64,000 nucleotides of DNA from the human T2T-CHM13v2.0 reference genome, Homo sapiens, in contig CP068257.2 of NCBI GenBank assembly GCA_009914755.4, positions 15,424,001 through 15,488,000 of the forward strand, read 5' to 3'. Every line of letters starts with the position of its first letter. Within the stretch, counting starts at the first letter, position 1. Shown here in pieces: positions 44,443 through 55,067 of this stretch. The notes under the pieces are model-generated. The model had not been told where the DNA came from and did not search any database. It saw only the letters and a list, made by a program, of their open reading frames with translations. Both the position numbers and the translations under genes were made by a program.

Positions 44443-44588
44443 GAAGGTGGGAGGAGGGAGAGCATCAGTTAAAATGACCAATAGGTACTAGGCTTAATAC
44501 TGGGGTGATGAAATAATCTGTAGAACAAACCTGTACTTGTAACAAATCTGCACTTGTACCCCTGAACTTAAAAGTTTTTTAAAAAAAT
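44443..44588 (+). mobile_element. Separate, more diverged L1 3'-end fragment
   Basis: ggaaggtgggaggagggagagcatcag.taaaat.gaccaataggtactaggcttaatactggggtgatg..ataatctgtagaacaaacctg...cacttgtacccctgaacttaaaag(t)n(a)n. Homologous to the last 150 bp of the L1 3'UTR, about 450 bp downstream of the end of the older L1. Confidence 0.7.
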
Positions 44589-45683
44589 TTCTAAATAAAT
44601 GAAGTTTCTTTTTTCAGCAAATATTTTTTAATAAGATCACCACTGATAGACCCATTAAAATCATGCAATTTATACTCCTCTCTTCCTAGACTCTTAACTT
44701 ACCTTGAAAATTAAGGCCACTGGAATGAAATAAAACCTATTAATGCCCCAGGAATCATTGCGCTTTGTAAGCCATTTGCCCCTCCGCTAACAGGTCCCAC
44801 AATAGTGTAATCTGTGATATTGGAGTTTGTTTCTGCTTTCTGCCTTCTCCTCCTGTCTATTCAGAATAGCATCATACTTATATTAACTTTATTATATATT
44901 TGCTATTTACTTAGTTTACCAATCTAAAACTACATTCATTTGACATTTAAGGGGGGAAAATAATTTGCACAGTCCCTACAATTCCATCCAAACGTTTCAC
45001 TTAATTAGCCTGTGCCCCAGGTATTAGATGTAGCAGTCAAGTCTGAAAAAAAATCAAATCAAGTAGGCTAAATGGAATGAATGTGTGAATTAACTTTAAA
45101 AATACCCTATTGCTGGAGGAGATGAAAAACAAAATGTATTGTTCTTTTGAATATACACGCCTTTTAAGAAAGTCGATGGCCTCTTTTAAAACAGCCTTAG
45201 AGAACTCTCAACCATCAGAGTCACAGGCATCCACATTTCTGGGATGGAAATCCATTCAGGGCTTCTGACATAGTATATGCAAGAAAAGCTCCTGCTTTCC
45301 AACTGTGATGCATCAAAGGAGGCTTTTCTACTCAGCTTGATGTTATAAATTCAAGTGAATAACAATAAACCAGAAGGTGGCTCTATGTTCCTTTTTTAAT
45401 TCTAATTGTTGGGAAAATAGTCTAGATTATTAAAATCCCCAGAGAATGACTATACATCCTCCCCATATCACAGGACGCTGGCAGTCTAAGCTCTGATTTA
45501 AAGGTATTCCAGTAGCATGCTTTTGGATGTTTTGATTAGTGTTATCCAAATTAATATTACTTAAGAATAAAAATCACCAATCCATTAACAACAATTTTAA
45601 AAGATCAAAATCTGTGTGTCAGAATTAACCTGTGCAAACTCTGGATGCATCCTATGCTATTATTTACTATCCCTTTGAGTTTA

Positions 45684-46165
<482 letters not shown>

Positions 46166-47026
46166 TCAGAAGGAACATGGCCAGTCTTTAACAGCAACTT
46201 CAGACAGCGACCTGAGCAAGGATAGTACCAGTGAATGGAGCAGATTACCAATTCCTTCCCACCTACCCTTTAATTTTTTATTGTGATAAGAACATTTAAC
46301 TCAAGATCTATCTTCTTAACAAAGTTTTAAGGGCACAATATTGCTAATTACAGGAACAGTGTTATACAACAGATCTCTAGAATCTATTTATCTTGCATAA
46401 CTGACACCTTACACCCATTGATTAGCAGCTCCCTATTCCTTCCTCCTCTCGTCCCCTGGAAACCATCATTTTACTCTCTGCTTTGATGAATTTAACTATT
46501 TTATATGCCTCATGTAAGTAGAATCATGCAATATTTGTCCTTCTGCAGCTGGTTTATTCCACTTAGCATGATGTCAAAGTTCATCCCTGTTGTCACGTAT
46601 TGCAGGACTTCCTTCTTTTTTAAGGTGGAATAATATTTCATTGTATGTTCATGCCACATTTTCTTCATCCATTCATCAGTGATAAACATTTAACTTATTT
46701 CCACATCTTGGTTATTGTGAGCAGTGCTGTAGTGAACTTCGGAGTGTAAATATTTCCTCATCATCTCTATTCCAATTCTTTTAAATACCCAGAAGTGAAA
46801 TTGCTAGATCATATGGTAGTTCTACTTTTTTAATATTTAAAAAAGAAGTCTGTACTATTTTTCATAGAGGCTGCACCATTTTACATTTCCAACAACAGTG
46901 TAAAAGTGTTCCAATTACTCCACATCCTTGTCAACACTTATCTTTTATTTTGTTTTTATTATAGCTATTCTAACATATGTGAGGGGATATCTCATTGTGG
47001 TTTTTATTAATGTCTCCAAAGAAGTG

Positions 47027-47242
47027 CAAGCCTGGGCATCATGAAGAAGCCATCTCTACAGAATATACAAAAATTAGTGAGGCATGGTGGTGTGTGCCTG
47101 TAGTCTGAGCTACTCATGAGGCTAAGGTGATAAGATCACTTGAGCCAAGGAGGCTCTGAGGCTGCAGTGAACCGTGATCATGCTACCACACTCCAGCCTA
47201 GGTGACAGAGTGATACCTTGTCTCAAAAAAAAAAAAAAAAAA
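47027..47242 (+). mobile_element. 5'-truncated old Alu (right arm) with poly-A
   Basis: gcctgggcatcatgaagaagccatctctacagaatatacaaaaattagtgaggcatggtggtgtgtgcctgtagtctgagctactcatgaggctaaggtgataagatcacttgagccaaggaggctctgaggctgcagtgaaccgtgatcatgctaccacactccagcctaggtgacagagtgataccttgtctc(a)18. Confidence 0.8.
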
Positions 47243-50200
47243 CAGTACAAGTGGCCAACAGATATATGAAAATATGCTCCTGCTCAACATTACTAATCAT
47301 CAGGGAAATGCAAATCAAACCCATCTGGTTTTTGAAAGCAGGATTTATGCTCCTGGATTGAGTAAACCTGAAGGGTTCTTGGACAATTTGGGATGAAGAA
47401 ATCTCAAGAAAAAAACATTTATTGGCACCAATAATAGCAGGTTGGAGGTCCCAAATAATTAACTGGAGAGAAAGAAAGGAATTCTAGCTACCTTATACTG
47501 GAGCATCAGTTCATAACAGCTAGATTATAGATTATGGTTTTTTTTTTTTTTTTTTTTTCAGAATTAGCCATTGATAATTCAGTTTCATAAATTGCCTGTT
47601 CTTATTCTTTGTCAGTTTTTAGCATACATTCTTTCCTAATTGTTGTGAAAGTTCCTTCATATATTTTGGCTCCTATTCTAATTTTTAACTCCTAATTGTT
47701 TTCCTTCCTTATAAAATCTAATCTCGTTTATTTTTTCTCACCATTTTTTGTCAGTTGCAAAGTGTATCCCTAGTCATTCTTCAATTCGTGGATTTACACA
47801 TTATTCACAGAAAGAAACCAAGGCCAAGGAGCAAGCTGAAATTCCACACATTTTAGCTCTTAAATCTATTATTTGACCCTAAAAGCTTGTTAATTCCTAT
47901 TAAGTGACCCAGAAACTTCTCAACAACCAGCATAGTTCAAAGCCAGTCTCTTAATTATTTATCTAGTTTCCCAGTCCTCTGAACTTGTGTTAGTTGAGTT
48001 CTTCAGGGCATTCTTTTTCTCATTTGGGCTTTTATTTTTTTGCTATGTCATAATAAAAATAATAAAATTGAGGAGCATATTGATTTGACTTGTGAGCTAA
48101 TGGGTCAGGAAAGGCACATCACTAAAAATAAGAGAAATTTCTGTTAGAATCATGTAAATTTCTCTTTTCCTATTTTAAAATACAAAAGTTCATTATTTTT
48201 AACTAGTTGAATGTTTCTTGTTAAGCTAGTTTCCAGTGTCTAGGTGGGTGCCAAGTCTATGAATTATTTGAATTAAAACCTGTGGAAGGATAGAAAATTA
48301 CACAAAAAGGGAATTGTTTATATATGTATATTATACCCTGTTGCTTTGGAGGCCTTGGCTTGACATTGCTCTTATTTTTCTATATAAATATGAGAAAGCC
48401 AATAAAATAATTAGAGCAAATTTTGAAAACACAGGATGGTGAAGTGCTCTTCTCTGCTCATATTTACCTGCCATTTTCTCAAGAGATTCAAGCCTTATTA
48501 CAATGCCAGATTTGCACACACAAAAGTAAAGTACAGTGAAAGTTGATTGTTATTTATCTTGGGATTCAGGGATTGGAAGACAGACAGTGGATGGGAGCGG
48601 GCAAGTTTGGCCAATTTAACCCACTTTTCTTCTGATGATCTGGAAAATAAAATAAATATGATCTTAGAACTTTAATCTCTTGTTACTCTACCCTTCCAGT
48701 GAGATGCCTTGCAAATCATAGACACTCAGTAAACATCTGTGTACTTATTCAATAAAAGGGGGCACTCACAATAGAATAATGGTAGTCTGTTTTTGTATGC
48801 ATGTCTTCCCTTTATCTATAATCCAACTCCTCTCACAAGTGTGGTTAAACACTCAGCACAGTACTCTCATCTCAGCTGTGATAAGTTTTCCTCAAAACTG
48901 AGAAAAAGAGACGATCAAATGTGGACTTCAGGTTTCATTTTGTCACCACAAAATTCTATTAACTTTCCCACCATCTGTACCAAATAACCTACTCTATCTT
49001 TTATAACTGATGAAACCTCCCTTATGAAATCTAGGACCAACCTCAATACTTGTGACTGTTCTTGACTACACAGACTTCAAACTTCCCCTTCCTGCATCAT
49101 CTTCTCCCTTTCTATGGGAATATTCTCAAGGCATACCAGCATGCCATAGTCGGTCCTTTCTGACAAATGCTCCCTCTAGTTACAACACAATTTCTCTCCT
49201 CCCCTTCACATATAATCTATCTCCTCAACCCATTCCAACTGGCATTTTCCCTGCCATGCCACTATACGTGATCTTGCCAAAGTCACCTCTGACTACTATC
49301 TCATAAAATCTAAGCACTCATTTTTCTCTGTTCTACTTGACATAAGTGACTACTCATCTTCATTCATTTTTTAACAAATATGTATTGATTATTTACTACC
49401 TGAGAATACTGAGAGTACTGGCCTAAGTGCTGGGGAGAAAGAAGTAAAAAAAAAAAAAAAAAATTGAAGAATACCCCTTCCTTGTAGAGTTTGCACTCCA
49501 AAAATAAGCAATGTAAATACATAAAATACGTGCTATACTAGAGAGTGATAAGTTCAAAGGTTCCTGAATCTGGTCTGGTGAGACAGAACACTCACACCAC
49601 AAGTCAAGCAAACCAACTTTAATATTCCCAGATAGGTAGCAAAGACAAACAGAAGCCAGGATGCATGGTAAGCCAGTCCCTCAAGGGTCAGGAAAACCTG
49701 CCCAGGACAAATGGAGTCTCCTCTGTAAATGCCCTTTATCACACCACAGCTGAGCAACCTTGAAAGCACTATGCTCTGGGTTTTGTACCCTGGGCATTTC
49801 TTGGCTCACTGACCCAAGCATTGCAGAATATCCTGTTCTGGGAAGAGGAAGACATAGCTCAAGTTGTTCCAGACATTTTCTCTTTATCTCAGGATATTGC
49901 ATTCTCAGTACATTCTGCCTAGTAATTGCCAATAAGAGGGAGATAAGCTGGCTTGGCCACGGTCATTTGGGACCTGTCTTTCAAGAGCAAAAGTTTACAA
50001 ATATAAAGTAGGAAAAGGGAATAAGAAGAATTGGGAAGAAGGTTTGACATTTTAGATAGTAAGATCAGGAAAGACCTTTCTAAAAGGTGACATTTTAGCA
50101 ATGATCAGAAGGAAGAAATTGACTTATCTAAGGAAACATAATTGCAGGCTTATGGGAGGAGCGAAGTAAGTGCAAAGGCCCAGAGGCGTAAGTGTGACTG

Positions 50201-51884
50201 GTGTACTAAAGAAAAAGCAAGAATACCACAGTGGAAAGGGTGGAGCAAGACGAACAGAGGGTGGCAAGAGATGAGGTCAGAGATGAAACTGAGGGCCAAC
50301 CCATAGTAAGCGCATTTTGGCTTTTATTCTACGTGAGATGAGAGACAAATTTTAAACAATGGAGAGATTCTATCTGTATTTAACAGAATAACTCCAGCTG
50401 CTTTGTTGTGACTAAACTGTAAAAGGGGTGAATGCAAAATTAGGGAGACCATGAAGTACTATTGCAATAATCCAGCAAAGTGCTGATGGTGGCATGAGGA
50501 GCATGGTATTGTGGGAGTGGCAAGAAGCGAAAGGGTTCTAGATGTATTTTTGAGGGTGCGCTGACAATATTTAATAAAAATCTGGATTGTGGGGGGCGAG
50601 AAAAAATGAGAGTTAAAGAATGACTACAAGATTTCCGACATGAAGAACAGATGATTCAATGAAGTAGAAAGCATTGCAAAATAGGCTTGGCAGGGAATTA
50701 TCTGGATCTCTGATTTGAATTTGTTAACTTTTAGAGGTCTATTAATTATCCTAGTGGAGATAGATAGAAGTCTGGAGTCTGGGAGAGAGGGTTGAGCTGA
50801 ACCTAATTTGGGGAAGATAAGGAGGAGCCAGCAACAAAGACAGAGAGCAGCCATTCAGGTAGGAGGAGAATAGGTGAATGTGGCCATTGAAATTCAAGTC
50901 AGTAAAGTGTTTCAGGAGAAGAGAGTAATCAACATGTCAAATGCTACAGTTATGTCAAAACAAATGAGGAGCACGCACTTTACAAGGATTTAGCAAAGTG
51001 AACTGATGGATTCCTGACTCTGGATAGGCTAGTGAAAGGCTGATTGGTGAGGAGTCAAGAGAGACCACTAGGGAGAAATTGGGTACAGAAAATGTAGACA
51101 ACTGTTCCCAGCAGTTTTGCTATAAAAAGAAAAAAAATGGAATAGTAGTAGGATGAGAGAGTACACTCAAGAGAAATAGTAGCATGTTCGTATGCTGATA
51201 AGATATTTCCCATCTCAGCCAATGGTAACCCCATCCTTCCAGTTGCTCTGGCCCAATTCTCAAAGCTATCGTTGATTCCTTTTTTTTTTTTCTGAGACTA
51301 CGCAGAAACAATGGAAAATTTTGATAGCTGTACTTTCAATATCCAGAAATAAAGAGAATTGAAAGAATTAGAAGACTCCCCATCTCTAATGAGTCTAAGA
51401 AATAATCATCAATGGCTGCTCAAAACCAAAGAGACTATAAGAATCACGTGCCTTCCAATAAGTATCCAACACCACCTCTGAAGAAAATCAAACCTGGATA
51501 CAATCAAGCCACTAGATATAACCACAAAGGCTCATAAATTATACGAGACAGAAGAACTTATGTGACCCAACAGGCACACAGTTAACATTATTCAGGGTGC
51601 GGCAAACTCCAGAGGACAAAGTGACCTAGTCTTCAGAAAATAAACTATAAGAGAAAAACAGAGAGAGAAGAGAGAGAGAAAGACAGCAAGCAAACCTAAA
51701 GGTTAAAAGACATAAAGGACATGGCAATATGCTTCTCCACAAAATGTGTGAATACTGTCTGAATAATGATTTAAACAAACCAATTTAAAAATTACAAGAC
51801 ATTTGGGGAAATTTGCACACTGAATGGATGTTTGATTATATTAAAGACACAATATTTTAGGTGTGACAATTCTGCTGTGGTTAC

Positions 51885-52157
51885 ACTTATTTATTTATTT
51901 GTTTGTTTATGTATTTATTTATCTATTTATTTTGAGACAGGGTCTCACTCTGTCACCCAGGCTGGCGTACAGTGGTGTGATCATGACTCACTGCAGCCTC
52001 AACTTCGTGGGCCAAGATAATCCTCCTGTCTCAGCCTTCCGAGCAGCTGGTTTTGCCATGTTGCCCGGGCTGGTCTCAGATTCCTGGGCTCAAGCAATCC
52101 TCCCGCCTCGGCTTCTCAAATTCCTGGGATTACAGGTGTGACCCACCACACCACGCC
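51885..52157 (-). mobile_element. Alu (reverse orientation) with (TTTA)n-like tail and about 11-bp TSD ctgtggttaca
   Basis: T-rich (ttatttatttgtttgtttatgtatttatttatctatttattt) then tgagacagggtctcactctgtcacccaggctggcgtacagtggtgtgatcatgactcactgcagcctcaacttc.tgggc.caagataatcctcctgtctcagcct.ccgagcagctgg...gcc.tgttgcccgggctggtctcagattcctgggctcaagcaatcctcccgcctcggcttctcaaattcctgggattacaggtgtgacccaccacaccacgcc. Direct repeats at 51874-51884 and 52157-52167. Confidence 0.9.
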
Positions 52158-52473
52158 TGTGGTTACATTTTTAAATTGCTTTTATCTTTTATACTAAAAT
52201 AATTACACAGTGAATAATATTATACCTGGTGATAGTTTCAAAACAATTCAATAGAGGGACGTAGAGGGGACAACTACAAATGCAAATGGATTGGCCATGA
52301 GTGGACCTTTGCAGGTAGATGGTTCGAATTCATGCTACTGTTCTCTCTCTCCACTTTTGTTTATGTCTCATGTTTCATCTAACAAGAAGCTTTTTTAACT
52401 CTATTAAAATTTGCTGTCATAATAACTAAAAAAGAGCAAAGAAAACAAATTGTTACAAAGGTGGCAAGAGAGG

Positions 52474-52919
52474 TGTCAGGCCTCTGAGCCCAAGCTAAGC
52501 CATCGCATCCCAGGTGACTTGCAGGTATATATGCCCAGATGGCCTGAAGTAACTGAAGAATCACAAAAGAAGTGAAAATGCCCTGCCCCACCTTAACTGA
52601 TGATATGCCACCACAAAAGAAGTGAAAATGGCTGGTCCTTGCCTTAAGTGATGACATTACCTTGTAAAAGTCCTTTTCCTGGCTCATCCTGGCTCAAAAA
52701 GCTCCCCTACTGAGCACCTTCCAACCCCCACTCCTGCCCATCAGAGAACAACCCCCTGTTGACTGTAATTTTCCTTTACCTACCCAAATCCTATAAAATG
52801 GCCCCACCCCTATCTCCCTTCGCTGACTCTCTTTTTGGACTCAGCCTGCCTGCACCCAGGTGATTAAAAGCTTTATTGCTCACACAAAGCCTGTTTGGTG
52901 GTCTCTTCACACGGACGCA
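52474..52919 (+). promoter_or_regulatory. HERV-H 5' LTR7 (U3-R-U5): U3 enhancer repeats, TATA-like box about 52792-52798, ATTAAA about 52863-52868
   Basis: Two U3 repeats (ccttaactgatgatatgccaccacaaaagaagtgaaaatggctggtccttgccttaagtgatgacattacc), cctataaaatggcccc, then ..ggtgattaaaagctttattgctcacacaaagcctgtttggtggtctcttcacacggacgca. Established: LTR7 acts as a promoter for HERV-H transcripts. Activity at this particular locus is not known. Confidence 0.75.
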
Positions 52920-52928
52920 CATGAAATT

Positions 52929-52946
52929 TGGTGCCGTGACTCAGAT
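52929..52946 (+). promoter_or_regulatory. Primer-binding site, tRNA-His type (HERV-H)
   Basis: TGGTGCCGTGACTCAGAT is complementary, with 1 mismatch, to the 3' end of tRNA-His as recalled (..GAAUCCGAGUCACGGCACCA). Located just downstream of U5. Confidence 0.7.
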
Positions 52947-53466
52947 CGGGGGACCTCCCTTGGGAGATCAATCCCCTGTCCTCCTGCTCTTTGCTCCATG
53001 AAAAAGATCCACCTATGACCACGGGTCCTCAGACCCACCAGCCCAAGGAACATCTCACCAATTTTAAATCGGGTAAGCGGCCTCTTCTTACTCTCTTCTC
53101 CAACCTCTCTCACTATCCTTCAACCACTTTCTCCTTTCAATCTTGGTGCCACCCTTCAATCTCTCCCTTCTCTTAATTTCAATTCCTTTCATTTTCTGGT
53201 AGAGACAAAGGAGACACATTTTATCTGTGGACCCAAAACTCTGGCACCAGTCACAGACTCAAGAAGGCAGCCTTCCCTTGGTGTTTAATCATTGCAGGGA
53301 TGCCTCTCTGATTATTCACCCCCATTTCAGAGGTGTCCGACCACGCAGGGATGCCTGCCTTGGTCCTTTACCCTTAGCGGCAAGTACCGCTTTTCTGGGG
53401 GCAAGAACCCCCCAACCCCTTCTCTCTGTGTCTCTACCCTTTCTCTGCTTTTCTAGGGGCAAGAAC

Positions 53467-53670
53467 CCCCTGATCCCTTATTTCTGTGCCCCAGGATCTT
53501 ATCTCTGCACCCTGATCCCTTATTTCCATGCCCCGACCTCTTATCTCTGTGCCCCGATCCCTTATTTCCATGGTCCAACCTCTTATCTCTGCACCCCTAC
53601 CCCTTATTTCTGCACCCTGACCTCTTATCTCTGTACCCCAACCCCTTATTTCCATGCCCCAACCCCTTTC
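53467..53670. repeat. Tandem repeat in the HERV-H leader: about 9.5 copies of a 21-bp unit in two alternating variants (period 42 bp)
   Basis: Units alternate between cc.gatcccttatttc..tgcc and cc.acctcttatctctg.acc. It creates the spurious ORFs 53227..53883 (+; IPYFCAPGSYLCTL / IPYFHAPTSYLCAP ..) and 53434..53655 (-; MEIRGWGTEIRGQGAEIRGRG..). Confidence 0.9.
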
Positions 53671-54299
53671 CCGCTTTTCTGGAGGGTAAGAACTCCCAAA
53701 CCCCTTCCCTCCATGTCTCTAGTCTCTCTTTTCTCTGGGCTTGCCTCCTTCACTATGGGCAACCTTCCACCCTCCATTCCTCCTTCTTCTCCCTTAGCCT
53801 GTGTTCTCAAGAACTTAAAACCTCTTCAACTCACACCTGACCTAAAACCTAAATGCCTTATCTTCTTCTGCAATGCTGCTTGACCCCAATATAAACTCAA
53901 CAGTGGTTCCAAATAGCCAGAAAATGGCACTTTCCATTTATCCATCCTACAAGATCTAAATAACAATTGTCATAAAATGGGCAAACGGTCTGAGGTGCCT
54001 GATGTCCAGGCATTCTTTTATACTTTGTTGCCTCCCTAGTCTCTGTTCCCAATGTGACTCATCCCAGATCCTCCTTCTTTCCCTCCCACCTGTCCCCTCA
54101 GTCCCAACCCCAAGCGTTGCTGAGTCTTTCTAATCTTCCTTTTCTACAGACCCATCTGACCTCTCCCCTCATCGCCAGGCCGAGCCAGGTCCCAATTCTT
54201 CCTTAGCCTCTGCTCCCCAACCCTACAATCCTTTTATCACCTCGCCTCCTCACACCTGGTCCAGCTTACAGTTTCATTCAGCGACTAGCCTTCCCCCAC

Positions 54300-54900
54300 C
54301 AGCCCAGCAATTTCCTCTTAAAAAGGTGGCTGGAGCTAAAGGCATAGTCAAGGTTAATGCTCCTTTTTCTTTATCTGACCTCTCCCAAAATCACTTCGCG
54401 TTTAGGATCTTTTTCATCAAATATAAAAACCCAGCCCAGTTCATAATTCGTTTGGCCGCAACCCTGAGACGCTTTACAGCCCCAGACCCTGAAAGGTCAG
54501 AAGGCTGTCTTATTCTCAATATGCATTTTATTTTATTACCCAGTCTGCTCCTGACATGAAATAAAGCTCCAAAAATTAAATTCTGGCCCTCAGACCCCAC
54601 AACAGGACTTAATTAACCTCACGTTCAAGGTGTACAATAATAGAGTAGAGGCAGCCAAGTAGCAATGTATTTCTGAGTTGCAATTCCTTGCCTCCACTGT
54701 GAGACAAACCCCAGCCACAACTCCAGCACACAAGAACTCCAAACACCTGAACCGCAGCTGCCAGGGGTTCCTCCAGAACCTCCTCCCCCAGGAGCTTGCT
54801 ACAAGGGCTGGAAATCTGGCCACTGGGCCAAGGAATGCCCACAGCCTGGGATTCCTCCTAAGCCATGTCCCATCTGTGTGGGATGCCACTGAAAATAGGA
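54300..54900 (+). pseudogene. HERV-H gag remnants: capsid with internal deletion, and nucleocapsid CCHC-type zinc-knuckle remnants
   Basis: ORF 54326..54559 (..KVNAPFSLSDLSQNHF...FIIRLAATLRRFTAPDPERSEGCLILNMHFI) resembles gammaretroviral CA (MLV ..LQYWPFSSSDLYNW.. and ..[31 protein letters not shown]). At 54790-54900 a single frame reads CYKGWKSGHWAKECPQPGIPPKPCPICVGCH*K*DC, a decayed pair of C-X2-C-X4-H-X4-C knuckles. Confidence 0.7.
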
Positions 54901-55067
54901 CTGTTCAACTCACCTGGCAGCCACTTCCAGAGCCCCTGGAACTCTGGCCCAAGGCTCCCTGACTGACTCCTTCCCTGATCTTCTCAGCTTAGCAGCTGAA
55001 GACTGACACTGCCTGATTGCCTCAGAAGCCTACAGGACCATCACAGATGCCCTAGATAACTCTCACA

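Noticed and set aside
52380-52473. Purine-rich sequence just upstream of the 5' LTR7 (aaaggtggcaagagagg), vaguely resembling the polypurine-tract region before the 3' LTR. I considered evidence for a tandem or partial upstream provirus
   Set aside because: The similarity is short and weak. No HERV-H internal sequence is recognisable upstream of 52474. It is more likely a chance purine-rich flank.
52929-52946. Calling a tRNA gene at the primer-binding site
   Set aside because: Only the 18-nt complement of a tRNA 3' end is present. This is the retroviral primer-binding site, not a tRNA gene. Likewise, Alu elements are 7SL-derived SINEs and not ncRNA genes.
53467-53670. The regular 21-bp tandem array considered as a CRISPR-like repeat-spacer array
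   Set aside because: There are no unique spacers, because every unit is a variant of the same 21-mer. It lies inside a HERV-H provirus in a eukaryotic genome. It is a minisatellite.
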